Positions 12,001 through 26,400 of a DNA stretch of 64,000 nucleotides are shown in pieces. This DNA comes from Octopus bimaculoides (Eukaryota), in assembly GCF_001194135.2 (NCBI RefSeq), contig NC_068981.1, positions 192,534,721 through 192,598,720 on the forward strand, in the 5' to 3' direction. The translations under genes and the position numbers were made by a program. Position 1 is the stretch's first letter; the number at the start of each line of letters is the position of its first letter. The notes under the pieces are model-generated. The model saw only the letters and a program-made list of their open reading frames with translations. It made no database searches and was not told where the DNA came from.

Positions 12001-15000
12001 TCAAATATCTCTTAAATAATACACAATCACTTTAAAAAAGGAAGGACACATTAGATAATATTACTATGCATACATTTTATCTGGAAAGCAAAACATGGGG
12101 TGGTTAAAGTTGGAATAAACCACAACAAATACTTTGTGAATATCGTTTTATTGTTGCTGAGATGCTGCTTCTGATGGTTTGTAATTCCTACTCCAAATGT
12201 CTGCAAGTCTCTTAATTACATTTTCTTCTGAGTCAACATTTAATAATTCCAACTAAATATTAAAATATTTCCTAGAAGAATTAGAATCTTCATGAATGAT
12301 TAAAATCATTTTATCTGTTATCTTTTATTTCTTTCAGTCATTAGACTGTGGCCATGCTGGGGCATCACCTTGATGAATTTTAGTCGAATGAACCGACATC
12401 AGTATTTATGTCTTTTAAAGTCTGGTACTCATTCTATCGGTTGTTTTGCCAAACTGCTATGTCAGGGCAAAGTAAACACACTAACACTGGTTGTCAAATG
12501 TTGGTGGGGGACAATACAGACATAAAGACACATAAACACACACACACACACACACATGCACAAAGGGCTTCTTTCAGTTTCCACTTAGTAAATCACTAGA
12601 CTTTGGTCAGTCCAAGACTATTGTGGAAGACACTTGCCCAAGGTGCCATGCGGTGGGACTGAATTTAATTTAATTTTGCTTTGAATTTCAATGGTGTGGG
12701 AGTGAGAAAGAGATTGAAAGAGAAAGATTTCAGCCATACTACATATGATGACTAATTTGGATGTGGTCACTATTGCAGTTACCGATTTTTGCTTCCTTTC
12801 CCCCTCTTTCTGTCTCTCCTTCATTCTATGTACCCCCATCTCTTCCATACACACTCACTTCTCCGCCTGTCTTTGTATTGTTCTTAGCAGCATAATGGTT
12901 ACAAATCAAATTATGAAGACTTTTTAAGTATGATGCAATCATGATAGTAATAATTTCTTTCGGTTGCTTCATTTTAAATATAAGTTATTTTATTGAATAA
13001 AATGCAAACTAACAAATGCTAGAAATATACTTCTGAAAGAATCTGTAGGTAATTAAAAGATGATTAGTGAGATTAAACAATTATGAATTATGTATAAATT
13101 TTATACTTCTTAAATAACAACCAAAAAATGTTTATTTGCCAACATAAGGTGGCTGTCTATCTAGAATTATGTTACTACCTTTTAACCCCATCTTGTTAGT
13201 GGATTAAAGCAACTGGTGGTTTGTAATAGGACAGAAATATGACAGAACTTAATTTACAAGGCAAAGTTTACATAAATGTGTTTGTGAGATTGTACATAGA
13301 TATTTTCATGTTTTACAATCAATTGAATAATGTATTACAGAAAGTGTCAAATTCTCTTAGAAGGGTTTGGATTGGCCAGAGGACTTAGTAAAAGACACTT
13401 GCTCAAGGTATCACATCATGAAACTGAACCACAAATCATATGATTGGAAAGCAAACTTCATAACCACACAGCCATACCTGCACCTATTCTTAGTCACACA
13501 CTCAGGTCTACACCTACCACATCTAAAAGTATTCCTTTCTAATAAAGGCGTAAGAACTAAAATTTTGGGTTGATTACACTCATACCAAAAGAAAAGGATA
13601 GGAAGCAAAATAGGCCGTTTGAACTCAAAATGTATTTCATTTAAGAATGTCTTTCAGTTGCCTCAAAGAACACTAAGCTGAGCTAGAAAAATAATTTACT
13701 TTTGTTAGGGGGATAATGATAATAATAATAATAATAATGGAACACTCCTTCCCACATGAGAAGTGGTATGTGCTAGTTGTTACAAATACTGTGACGTAGG
13801 AAGTCGAGTCGTCAAGAAGTTGGAGAAGTTGGTCATAAATAGTCATGTCTTTATTTGTCTACTGTACTGCTATAGTGGAGTGGATTACAACGTTGGATTA
13901 CAACAAGTTTTTTAAAGCGAGTTAATGTAGCACAAAAGTAGAATAATGAATGAAATGAAGAATAAGGAAGTCTTCTAACAAACTTTCTGCATTGTTGGAA
14001 GCTTTTCTTATTTCTCATTTCATTTATTATTCTGCTTCAATATGTTTTTAATATTTTCTGCTTTATTCATTACAGCGCACTGGATTGGAGAAACAGTTTC
14101 GACGAGAAAATATCACAGTTTTTCTTCCCAGTAAAACCTCTTTGGATAAAATACCAAAAAATGTGATGGATTATTTGAAGTCTAAAAATGTAAATACATT
14201 TTATCATATTTTTATGTATCATTTATCCTCATCTCTTAAATATAGAACTGTAAATGAGTAATTGTTTCTAACATTGTTTTACTTATCAATTAATGCAGTT
14301 CATTTGTTTGCTAACACACAATATTTTCTCTGTTGCAGGGAATTGGAGCATGGATTGGTCTTGTGAAAAACCATCTACTTCAAACAAAAGTACAACAGAA
14401 TGCCATATTTGTTATTTTAATTTTTTTTATATCTGTTACTTTTTACTGGTTATTATTTCACAATTATAAATAATTAGATGAAGGGCTCCAAGACTGTGTT
14501 GAGGGCATGGGATTTATCTCCAGACTGGCAATTGGGTCTAAATGCTTGCAATACCATGGCTCCACTTAAGGTATCCAAAGGGCAGGCGAGGGTATAAAAG
14601 TGAGAAATAGATTAAGTCTGTCACTCAATAACAGGAAGGGTTTGGCCTCTCCAACTAGTTTTCTGCAACACAGTTTTCATAAAGCAAATTTCACTCATAA
14701 CACTTTGGTCAACAAAAAACTATGGTAGAAAGCAATTTTCCAAAATTTCCATACAGTTGGATTGAGCCCCAAATCATACTGCTGTAGAGTGAGCTTATTA
14801 ACCTCACAGACATATATACATGCCGAAATACATTGGAGGTATGCAAACTTATTTGAAATTCTTTGTAGGTATAGTACAAATACTGTATATATGTGGAAAG
14901 AAACCAGAAAGCACTTTTGAAGTCAAATATTTGTTTATGAGTTCAATAGAAATGGTTTCCTTCATTTAATGTTTGCCAATAGTTTCCTGACATTCTTTAA

Positions 15001-16617
15001 GTCTTCTGTTAAAGGTTCCAGTCAATGGATAACAGTCAAGTACGAGGAGAAACAGAATTTATTGGTAAACAACATTAGTTGGAGCACTTTAAGAATGGTG
15101 AAGTTATCTCTCAGTGTCACACTTTGTACCTTTCTAAAGTCAATGAAATAAAAGTATTATTAAAATAGGGGAGGAGGCAATTTGAACAGGAATCGTCTCT
15201 TTTCATACAAAGGCATATGTTCATTTGTGTGTAAAAGTGTATATAATCAAAATAAATTATATCAACATAGTGATTAATTAATTCTTTCATGAATCCTAGT
15301 AGAGTATAATGTCTGTGATAAATCTCATTTTCTGTAGTGTTTAATATAAGGACAACTCTTCCAGTGGCTGGTTGTATGCTAATTATCACAGTTCAGTTTA
15401 TCCAAGAAAGCCTAATTCTTGTTTTCAGTTAAAGTATTATCATCAATATCATAATCATTTACTTTAGTCTCTAAATAAATAATTCCAGCATGACAAGTCT
15501 TTGCACAATTCAGCAAATTTACTATTTGCTGTTTAGACATAAAAACAGCAGTTCTTATCAGGTTATGAACAACAGAACCAGTGTCTGTAGCTGATGAAGC
15601 ATAACAATGCAGAAATATGTGTCTTACAATCTAAAGACATTACTTATGGCTGCATGGTGTGTTTTTCCCACACCATTGTCTATAAGAAGAATTTCTCTTC
15701 TGAGATAGTATCTGCAGCCAAGGTCTTTCCATCTTTGAGTGTACATGAATGTGCTTACTGTAATTTTCATGTGATCACATGATCAAACAGACTATTTGAT
15801 ATTGTCATACGCTGCTGGTCACAATGTGCTTTGTGCCACTTTTTTAGCTTTCAAATGATGCCACCCTCCTGGTGAGGTGAGGAGGCCAATATTGCCATGA
15901 TCAGAAGGCCAAGCCATCGTAGGGTGTACCCATTTACAGTTGAGTGGACTGGAAAAATATGAAATGAAGTGTTTTGCTCAAGAACACAACATGCCCCTTG
16001 CTCAGGGAATCAGATCCATGATCTAGTAATTATGAATACATCACCTTAACCACTAGACCATGTGCCTTTATGACTATAGCTGTACACACCTTTATTTCAA
16101 TCATCATAGTTCAGTATGCTTCTGGCTACTAGAATTCACATTTCTTATTTCAAATTTAAAAAGAAAATAATTGTATTCTAAAAAAATTGGCACGTTGATT
16201 ATGATGAAGTAAAACAAATATCATTCTTGTTTGGAAGTCAATCCTTTTGTGTGTAAGAATTATTTAGAACTTCAATGATTTTACATTTATTTCTACCAGA
16301 GAACCATTACTGATCTGATTGATTCCAAGAAAATGTATTCATTGGGGAGAACTACATTCCGCATTAAAATATCAAGTAATGTAAGTGAATCTTCTTTACC
16401 CAGTTTCAATAATAAGAGCTTTCTTTTATCTGGTTATTTAGTTCATGTTTATGCTGTCTTTATGAAGCTTTTCAGAGGAGATTGTTTTCCAAGAGGCATT
16501 AAGTCTGTGCATTACTGTCTTTCTCATTATAATCACAACTTTCTTCATCTCCATCCCCATCAATTCTCATCCTCCTTGTCATCATTGTTGTCACCATTGT
16601 TGTCACCATTGTCATTG

Positions 16618-16653
<36 letters not shown>

Positions 16654-19600
16654 CGAATATGTATATATAAAGCAATAGTATGTTCCTACCTACCTACAAC
16701 TTGTGTCATGCTGAGGGACATAACTTAAACAATAAAACAGTTGGTGGTTATAGAAGTAGTGATAGTGGTGAAAGCATTGGTGTTGATCATAGTGGATAGA
16801 GAAAGATATGGAGAAAGAGTGAGAGAGAGAGAAGGAAGAGATTAGCATTTACAGAAGAGAGATAGAGGGAAAACATGAAAGAAAATGACTGAAAAACAGA
16901 GAGAAAAGAAGAAATAATTTAAAAATAAAAGATGACAATGGTAAATGGAGGTTGTGGAGTGGCTGAGCACTCCACAGACATGTGTACCCTTAACCTCTCA
17001 TGGAGATTCAATGTGAAACAGAATGTGACAAGGCTGGCCCCTTTGAATTACAGATATTTACTCATTTTTGCCAGCTGAGTGGATTGGTGCAACATGAAAT
17101 AAAGTGTCTTGCTCAAGGACAAAATGTGTTGCTAGGAATTGGACGCATGACCATTAGGTCATGTGTCCAATTCCTAGCAACACTTCAGCCACTTAGCCAT
17201 GAGTCTTCACACACCTGCGGTCATCATAGTTATAAAGTGGCCATGGTGATATTACAGTTCTCAGAGCATGTGTGTGTGTGTGTGTGTGCGTTTATGTGTG
17301 CCTGCGTGCACCATTAGCATTTTCCTCTTTGTTCTTCTTCTTTCCTACCTTTTACTACTACCACTTCAATTAACACTTGTCACAATTTCTTCTTCCATCT
17401 CTCCCTCTCCTCCCTCCGTCTCTCTCTCTCTTTCTCTCTCTTTCTTTCTATCTATGTAGCCTACCATTCACTATCATCTCCACCATCACGTCACATCAGA
17501 CAACTAGAGCTCTCAGCTTTCATTAGCAGATTCAGTGGCATATCCACAGGTTTCACTGCATAATTTCTTTAAGCCTGGTGGCATTGCATGCAGTCAGGAG
17601 AGATTTTTAACTAATTTTCTATATGAAAGCTATGACTTCCAAAGTCATTTCAGGGTTGTCCCACTTCGTATATGGTGCTGACAATAGCTAATTAGCTTGA
17701 AATGCATTCCTAGGTTCAAAGAAGGTATTAAAAACAGGGTTGTCTCTCTTGGTATCTGGTGCTGATGATTGCTAATTAGTTTGATGTGCATTTATCAATA
17801 TTTCAGTCCATTATCAAGGATATAGTTAATTCACTACAATGCAGCTTCTCTGAAATGCCACTGGTAGCATTCTTGAGAAGAGTACAACTTTATTAAAACT
17901 TTAAAAATAGAAAACAAATAACTAAATAATATTCCAAATTAACTATTTTTTTGTGTGTATTTAAATTTCATAATGAATTTCAGTGCTTACAAAATATTTT
18001 GTGTCTTTGAGTAGGGTCAAATTCATTTTGGTCCAAATGCAAACATGACTCAATCAGGTGTTCCAGTGAAGAATGGAATTGTTCATTTAATCGAAGGTTT
18101 ACTCTTTCCTGATGATTTGGAAACTCTGGTGCCCCATAACTGTGATAATGTAACCTTCAAAGCTGTTCATGTAAGTATTAAAAGTTTTGGAATAATATTG
18201 TTATATTATTTTATAAAAAAAAACATTGCAGAGGCTTAGAGGGAAAATACAGAAAACATTCTCAACAATTTAAAGTATTAGACACAAACTTAAAGAGACT
18301 TCATAATAAAAAGATGTGTCAAGTGTTAGTGTTTGTATTTGTACCTAAACAAGTGCTACATTGAACCAAACTGGGGTAATTTCGTTTTATCATATTGTTG
18401 TAAAACAATATGATAATATAACTGTTGTAAATGGTATCTTGTAAAACTGGAAAAGAACAATGCATAGCTTTTCTCATGTTTCTATATATTTACAGTTGAA
18501 CACATCAAAACCTATCAGTGTAAGGTTTAGTTATAATGTCTCTCATCAGAATATACATCTGGTGGTACCAGGACCGATTTGCTTTCATTGCTTTGATGAT
18601 TTCTTGGACTCAAAGTTAAAGGGTACAATCTTACAATCACTTGTATTTTCGATACAATTCTTAAATGTTCCTAGTCTAAATTCATTCCATGACATTCTCG
18701 AAACTTTGAATGTAATGCCCTTTGTTTCAGGAATCAGTGATCTAAATATGCAATGAAATTACTTGAACTCAAACTTAGCTAATTCACACATTGGGATGGT
18801 CATGGATGGAATGTCTTTAATCATAGGTCTTCTCAAACAAGGTGGTATTGAGATTAACTAACAACCTAATAATGAGTAGTTTCAGTAATACAATGTATTA
18901 TGTCAGAATCTATTCAGTTTTACAATGGTAAAAGTTGGTAAGTATCTCAAAGAGAATGATGGTAGTGGGGGGGGGGGACAAACACAGATACACAAATACA
19001 TACATGCATACATACATATACATAGACGGGCTTCTTTCAGTTTCCGTCTATGAAATCCACTCACAAAGCTTTGGTCAGCCAAAGCTATAGTAGAAGACAC
19101 TTGCCTAAGGTACTACGCAGTGGGACTGAACCCAGAATCATGTGATTGGGAAACAAGCTTCTTACCATGAATGACATTGATGGGTAGGTATGAGAGGCTG
19201 GATCTGGTTAGTTTTAATGTAAAACAAGGAGAAGATTTGGGTCAGATATGGCTGGATTAAATGCTAAAGGATTAAAGGTATTAATTGAAATAAAATTTGA
19301 AACTTAATGTTTTTATTTCCTCCAGTAATCCCAAAGCAAATGTTATATTGCAGGGAGAATGTGGTCTGTGCGAGAGTGACCTCCATTGTTTGCAGCCTTC
19401 TGATATACCAACAGTAAGTAGTGCTTCTGTTTTGATCATGGTTAGCATTGTGTAAATATCTCAACTGAATCAAGAAGTTTGAAGTAAAATGTTTACTGCA
19501 ATCATTCATACATTATTTACATTATTTACAATTAACGGATATTTGTCCTCATCTTGTTTGCTGTTAACACAACGTCTTGGCTGATATACCCTCCAGCCTT

Positions 19601-19658
19601 CATAAGATGTCTTGGGAAAATTTCGAACCTGGGTTCTCATTCCTAAGCTATTTTTCGA

Positions 19659-19716
<58 letters not shown>

Positions 19717-20360
19717 NNNNNNNNNNNNNNNNNNNNNNNNNNNNNNNNNNNNNNNNNNNNNNNNNNNNNNNNNNNNNNNNNNNNNNNNNNNNNNNNNNNN
19801 NNNNNNNNNNNNNNNNNNNNNNNNNNNNNNNNNNNNNNNNNNNNNNNNNNNNNNNNNNNNNNNNNNNNNNNNNNNNNNNNNNNNNNNNNNNNNNNNNNNN
19901 NNNNNNNNNNNNNNNNNNNNNNNNNNNNNNNNNNNNNNNNNNNNNNNNNNNNNNNNNNNNNNNNNNNNNNNNNNNNNNNNNNNNNNNNNNNNNNNNNNNN
20001 NNNNNNNNNNNNNNNNNNNNNNNNNNNNNNNNNNNNNNNNNNNNNNNNNNNNNNNNNNNNNNNNNNNNNNNNNNNNNNNNNNNNNNNNNNNNNNNNNNNN
20101 NNNNNNNNNNNNNNNNNNNNNNNNNNNNNNNNNNNNNNNNNNNNNNNNNNNNNNNNNNNNNNNNNNNNNNNNNNNNNNNNNNNNNNNNNNNNNNNNNNNN
20201 NNNNNNNNNNNNNNNNNNNNNNNNNNNNNNNNNNNNNNNNNNNNNNNNNNNNNNNNNNNNNNNNNNNNNNNNNNNNNNNNNNNNNNNNNNNNNNNNNNNN
20301 NNNNNNNNNNNNNNNNNNNNNNNNNNNNNNNNNNNNNNNNNNNNNNNNNNNNNNNNNNNN

Positions 20361-20421
<61 letters not shown>

Positions 20422-23339
20422 TGAGCTTCTTTCATTTTCTGCTTACCGAATCCACTCACAAGGCTTTGGTTGGCCTAAGACTATAGCAGAAGACACTTGC
20501 CCAAGGTGCCATGCAGTAGGGACTGAACCTTGGACCATGTGGTTGGGAAGCAAACTTCTTAGCATACAGCTATGCCTGCACCTAGTTTATGTAACTTTTT
20601 CAGTTTTTCATCTGAGATAGCAAGCTGGACGTAGTGTTATTTTTCAGGGGCCAACTTGAAATGTATTTTAACCCTTGTGCTCCCATATTTCTGCTGAATT
20701 ACTCTGACTTTTCCTTTGAATTAATTTTGAAAACATTGAAGAATTTTAGTAAAATAATTATGTCATTATTAAGCTGGGGTTTTGAAACATAAACATGAAA
20801 TTCTGTAGAAGATTTTAATTTAGGGAGATGTACTTGCATAACAAGTGACCTGATCTAAGATCATGTGCTGGAACGAAAACAATTGCAGCGTGGAAGATGT
20901 TTATAAGCCATTTAAGAAACACACAAAAACCGTTAGATTCACTTCAATATTTAAATTTAATTTGCCAAAATATTTTGGCAAAATTCCGTACTGCATCTGA
21001 GAAAGTAACAGTTAGTAACAGTTAGTTCATGAACTAACTGTTACTTTCTTAGATGCAGCACGGAATTTTGTCAGTGAACAGGTCACGGTCTCAAAGTGCC
21101 GAAAATATTTTGGCAAATTAAATTTAAATGTCGAAGTGAATCTAACGGTTTTTGTGTGTTTCATAAATGGCTTATAAACACCTTCCATGCTGCAATTGTT
21201 TAGTTTGATTTAGATCACATTAAAACCAGGAATTTGTATCATAAAGCCAAAGACAGCTTCAGACAGATTGGTATCAAAATGGTTAAACACAGAATATATT
21301 TTAATTCATGATTATTTTGTCAGGATAAAATATATAAAAACTGCACCTACCAAATAAACCTGAAATACACTTACACCAGGCGGAAAGGTTGCCAACGGAT
21401 TTGTCGTCGAAAAGTTATTGTAAGTACATTCTGTTCTATTCTTTCTCAATTCTAAGCACAGACATTAGATATGAAATACAATATTCCATTCTATGAGACA
21501 AAGGACTCGTTCTTCAGTCAACATATATCATTTCTATTACTGTTTCTTCCTTTTTCTCCCTTTGTCATAAAATGGGTTTCAAAGTTTTAAAATAGAGATT
21601 ATGCATGTGTAACTCTTCAAAATAGGAGGTAAAGAAAATGTGACTGTTTACTAATTTTAATACAATTTTCTGATGGATCCTTCCTAGTGTTTGGTACTTT
21701 TGGTGCTATCTATGGCAAATATTTTGGAGTTTTATATATATAGGATTATATTAGTGTAATATTGGTGAGTATAGATGTGTGTGTGCATGTGCACGTGCAT
21801 GCGCACGCACACAAGCATATATATCATCATCGTCTTTTAATGTTCATTTTCCATGCTAGAATGGGTTGGACGGTTTGACTGAGGCTGCACCAGGCTCCAA
21901 TCTGTTCTGGCAAGGTTTCTACAGCTGGATGCCATTCCTAATGCCAACCACTCCAAGAGTGTAGTGGGTGCGTTTCATGTGTCACCAGCATGGGGGCCAG
22001 TCAGGTGGCACTGGTATTGATCACGCTCAAATGGTGCTTTTTACGTGCTACCAGCATGGGAGCTAGTCAGGTGGCCCTGGCATATATATATGTATACATT
22101 TGATGGGATTTGAACTTAGAATCTAAAGAGCTCTTTTGGCTTTCTGCATTAATACTTTTCTACAGATTTGTTAATAACAACAACATTTTCATCCAGTTCC
22201 CCACTCACCTTCTTCCTCCTGCTCCTCCCCCTTCTTCTCACCTCCTTCACCTTTTCATCATCTTCATGAACAACATCAACAACAATTATTTATTTAAACA
22301 ATGATTTCTCTCTTTCAGGATCGTCAATGTTGCCAGGGCTTTTTTGGTCCCAACTGTGAACCTTGCCCAGGAAGCTTAAACAACCCATGCTATGGCCGTG
22401 GCACGGTAAACTAAACAAATTACACTCAATCTTCATTATTTCTCTGCCATAACCTTATATATTTATATGTTTATATGGATTTTCAGCAAGGAAAGAGTTA
22501 ATCCAAGGCCCATAGCCTTATTGGAAAGTTATGTCTATATCTTTTATCTTTTGTCTTTTACTTGTTTCAGTCATTGAACTGTGGCCAAGCTGGGGCACCA
22601 CCTTGAAGAATTTTTAGTTGAATAAATCAACCCCAGTACTTGCTTTTTTTTGTTTAAGCTTCATACTTATTCTATCCGTCTCTTTTGTTGAACAGCTAAA
22701 TTATGGGGACATAAACACACCAACATTGGGGACATACACAAACACAAAAACACACCCACATAGAAATATATATAGGCATAGGAGTGGCTGTGTGGTAAGT
22801 ACCTTGCCTACCAACCACACAGTTCTGGGTTCAGTCCCACTGCGTGGCACTTTGGGCAAGTGTCTTCTACTACAGCCTTGGGCCGACCAAAGCCCTGTGA
22901 GTGGATTTGGTAGACGGAAACTGAAAGAAGCCCATTTTATATATGTATATATATATATGTATGTGTGTATATGTTTGTGTGTCTGTGTTTGTCCCCCCAA
23001 CATCGCTTGACAACCGATGTTAGTGTCTTTACGCCCCCTAACTTAGCAGTTCAGCAAAATATACTGATAGAATCAGAAGTACCAGGCTTACAAAGATTAA
23101 GTCTAGGGTTGATTTCTTCAACGAAAAGGTGGTGCTCCAGCATGGCCGCAGCCAAAATGACTGAAACAAGTAAAAGAATAAAAAAAAATATGTAAGAACA
23201 GGCTATGTGGTAAGAAGTTTGCTTCTGAACCACATTGTTCTGGGTTCAATCCTACAGCAAGGCACCCTAAGTAAGTGTCTTCTACTATAGTCTAGGGCTG
23301 ACCAAAGACTTGTGAGTGGATTTGGTAGGTGGAAATATA

Positions 23340-23428
<89 letters not shown>

Positions 23429-26400
23429 ACGACAGGCTTCTTTCAGTTTCTGTCTACCAAATCCACTCACAAGGCTTCGGTCAGCCCTAGACTATAGTAG
23501 AAGACACTTGCCCAAGGTACCATGCAGTGGGATTGAACCCAGAACCATGTGGTTGGGAAGCAAACTTATTACTACACAGCCTGTTCTTATGTATTGAACC
23601 TTTTGATGAGTTGAAGAAAATTACTAAAAACATGAGCAAATGTGTAAATTTGTCTTGGATTACATGTGTGAGTATGTATTTATGTGATTGTGTGTAAGAG
23701 CATGTGTGTAAGAGCATGTGTGTGTGTATGTGAGAGTGTATGTATGTGTGCATGTTTGTGTGTTTGTAAACATGTGTATGTATATACATGCATGTGTATA
23801 TATGTGGAAGTGTATAGGTATATCTGAGTGCATAAGAGTGTATGTATATGTGCATGTGTGTGTGTGTGTGTGTGTGTATAGATGTGTCTGAATGTGTCTA
23901 CAAGTGTGTTTCTGCAACTATATTGAGAGTTGTATTGAAAATCCCATTGAAGACATATGATCTCCCATGCTTGTGAACGCATGTGCACATGTATATACAC
24001 GTACATACGCGTGTATATGTATGTACACGAGTGTATGTCTGTGTATGAATTCATTTATGTGTGTGAGTGTACACGTGTGGGTGTATGCATGTAAATGTGC
24101 AGGTATGTTTGTGTGTGTGGGTATCTGGGTTTTTTTAATATATATTTTTTACAAAAATGTTAAATCTGTTTAGAGAATTACATAAATAATTGTAAAAAAA
24201 CCATTATGAATGTATGCGCCACTACTGAAATTATTGTAAGACAGAAATTCCTGAAGTCAATTTACAGAGAGATTTCTTATCTAGCTTTAGATTTATTCTA
24301 TTTTAATCCCTCTACTTTATGTAAAAATGACTGAATTCCTCATTAGGCTCATGACTGATATTTTTATTAACTGATTCCCAGGTGGTTCTTTCAGACAGGA
24401 ATGTCAAAAACATAAATAAATATCTAAATTACCAAATCATTTTATGTTGCAAATAAAACACATACATTTTTCATTATTTACATTATTTACATTTGATGGA
24501 TACTTGTCCTCATCTTGTTTGTTGTTAACACAACATTTTGGTTGATGTACTCTCCGGTTCGAAATTTCCTCAGGGCACCTGATGAAGGCTGGAGGACAAA
24601 TATCAGGCGAAATGTTGTGTTAACAACAAACAAGATGAGGACAAATATCCATCAAATGTAAATAATGTAAATAATGTACATAATCCCTCATCTCTTAAAT
24701 ATAGAACTGAACATACATTTTAAATTTATTGTTTAGAAGAGGAAAGAAACCTGCTTGTGTGTGTATGTAAGTATGTATGTGTACATGTGTGTGTGTGTGT
24801 TTGTGTGTGCATATGTATTTGATTCTTTATCTTTTACTTGTTTCAACCATTAGACTGTGGCCATGCTACAGCAGTGCCCTGAAGAATTTTTTGTTGATCA
24901 AATTGATCCCAGAACTTATTTTATCTCTTTTAAGCTTGGTGATTATTCTCTCAGACTCTTTTGCTAAACCATTAATTTAGAGGAACATAAACACACCAAC
25001 ACCAGTTGTCAAAGTGGTGGGGTGAGGCACAAATGCAGACTGAAAGGCACACACACACACACACACACACATACACACACACAGATATAGATATATATTT
25101 ATATGCAGTTAAGTATGTGTCTGGTCTTAACTGCATATAAATACATTACTGCTCTATTCTTTAGAGTGTGCTTCTTTCTCAGACATATGATACACTGATG
25201 ATATATCTATATATATATATATATANNNNNNNNNNNNNNNNNNNNNNNNNNNNNNNNNNNNNNNNNNNNNNNNNNNNNNNNNNNNNNNNNNNNNNNNNNN
25301 NNNNNNNNNNNNNNNNNNNNNNNNNNNNNNNNNNNNNNNNNNNNNNNNNNNNNNNNNNNNNNNNNNNNNNNNNNNNNNNNNNNNNNNNNNNNNNNNNNNN
25401 NNNNNNNNNNNNNNNNNNNNNNNNNNNNNNNNNNNNNNNNNNNNNNNNNNNNNNNNNNNNNNNNNNNNNNNNNNNNNNNNNNNNNNNNNNNNNNNNNNNN
25501 NNNNNNNNNNNNNNNNNNNNNNNNNNNNNNNNNNNNNNNNNNNNNNNNNNNNNNNNNNNNNNNNNNNNNNNNNNNNNNNNNNNNNNNNNNNNNNNNNNNN
25601 NNNNNNNNNNNNNNNNNNNNNNNNNNNNNNNNNNNNNNNNNNNNNNNNNNNNNNNNNNNNNNNNNNNNNNNNNNNNNNNNNNNNNNNNNNNNNNNNNNNN
25701 NNNNNNNNNNNNNNNNNNNNNNNNNNNNNNNNNNNNNNNNNNNNNNNNNNNNNTATATATATATATATATGTTAAATAAAATGAAACAACAAAGACAAGG
25801 CTGTGTGGAATTTTCAGGACATTTATGAAGAGACAATGTGAAATGGTTAAATAAAGGGAAATATTAGAGTTATTTTCAAAAAGGAAGAAGGGAAGGAAAG
25901 AAGGAGTATAGAATGAAATAGGAGAACGAATGTAGAAATAAAAGGCGGCGAGCTGGCTGAAACGTTAGCACGCTGGGCGGAATGCTTAGCGGTATTTTGT
26001 CCGCTGCTAAGTTCTGAGTTCAAATTCCGCCGAGGTTGACTTAGCCTTTCATCCTTTCGGGGTCGATAAATAAAGCACCAGTTATGCACTGGGGTCGATG
26101 TAATCGACTTAATCCGTTTGTCTGTTCTTGTTTGTCCCCTCTATGTTTAGCCCCTTGTGGGCAATAAAGAATATGAATGTAGAAATAAAAAGAAGAAAAA
26201 ATATATAAATATATTTCGTATGTGTTTTTGGTGTGCAAGATTCTTGATGTGAATACGTGTGTTGAAATAAATGGAAGTGGAGAGACGGGTTACTGAAGAA
26301 ATTGCAAGAGTGCAATGAAATGATTTAACAAAAAAAAAAACAAAAAAACTAAATACTGTTTATAAATAAATAAATAAAGGACCAAACCAGTGCATGGGTT

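Noticed and set aside
14390-14473. Read-through of exon 7 giving a hydrophobic end ([19 protein letters not shown]), a possible short membrane isoform
   Set aside because: T-rich intron sequence routinely translates as hydrophobic residues; no independent support.
19506-20620. Long ORFs spanning N runs (also near 2317, 25168, 27687, 49495, 53207)
   Set aside because: Artefacts of translating gaps. Exon phases and stabilin motif continuity across the gaps suggest no hidden exon is needed.
20990-21100. Hammerhead motif in the second palindrome
   Set aside because: No CUGANGA...GAAA arrangement found on either strand.
25097-25142. 17-bp perfect hairpin ATTTATATGCAGTTAAG/CTTAACTGCATATAAAT
   Set aside because: Too short for a pre-miRNA call, AT-rich and beside a TA tract; probably a MITE footprint or slippage product.
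25943-26030. tRNA-like sequences (also 30251, 63066, 22785)
   Set aside because: A and B boxes run straight into repeat bodies with no acceptor stem, so these are SINE heads, not tRNA genes.
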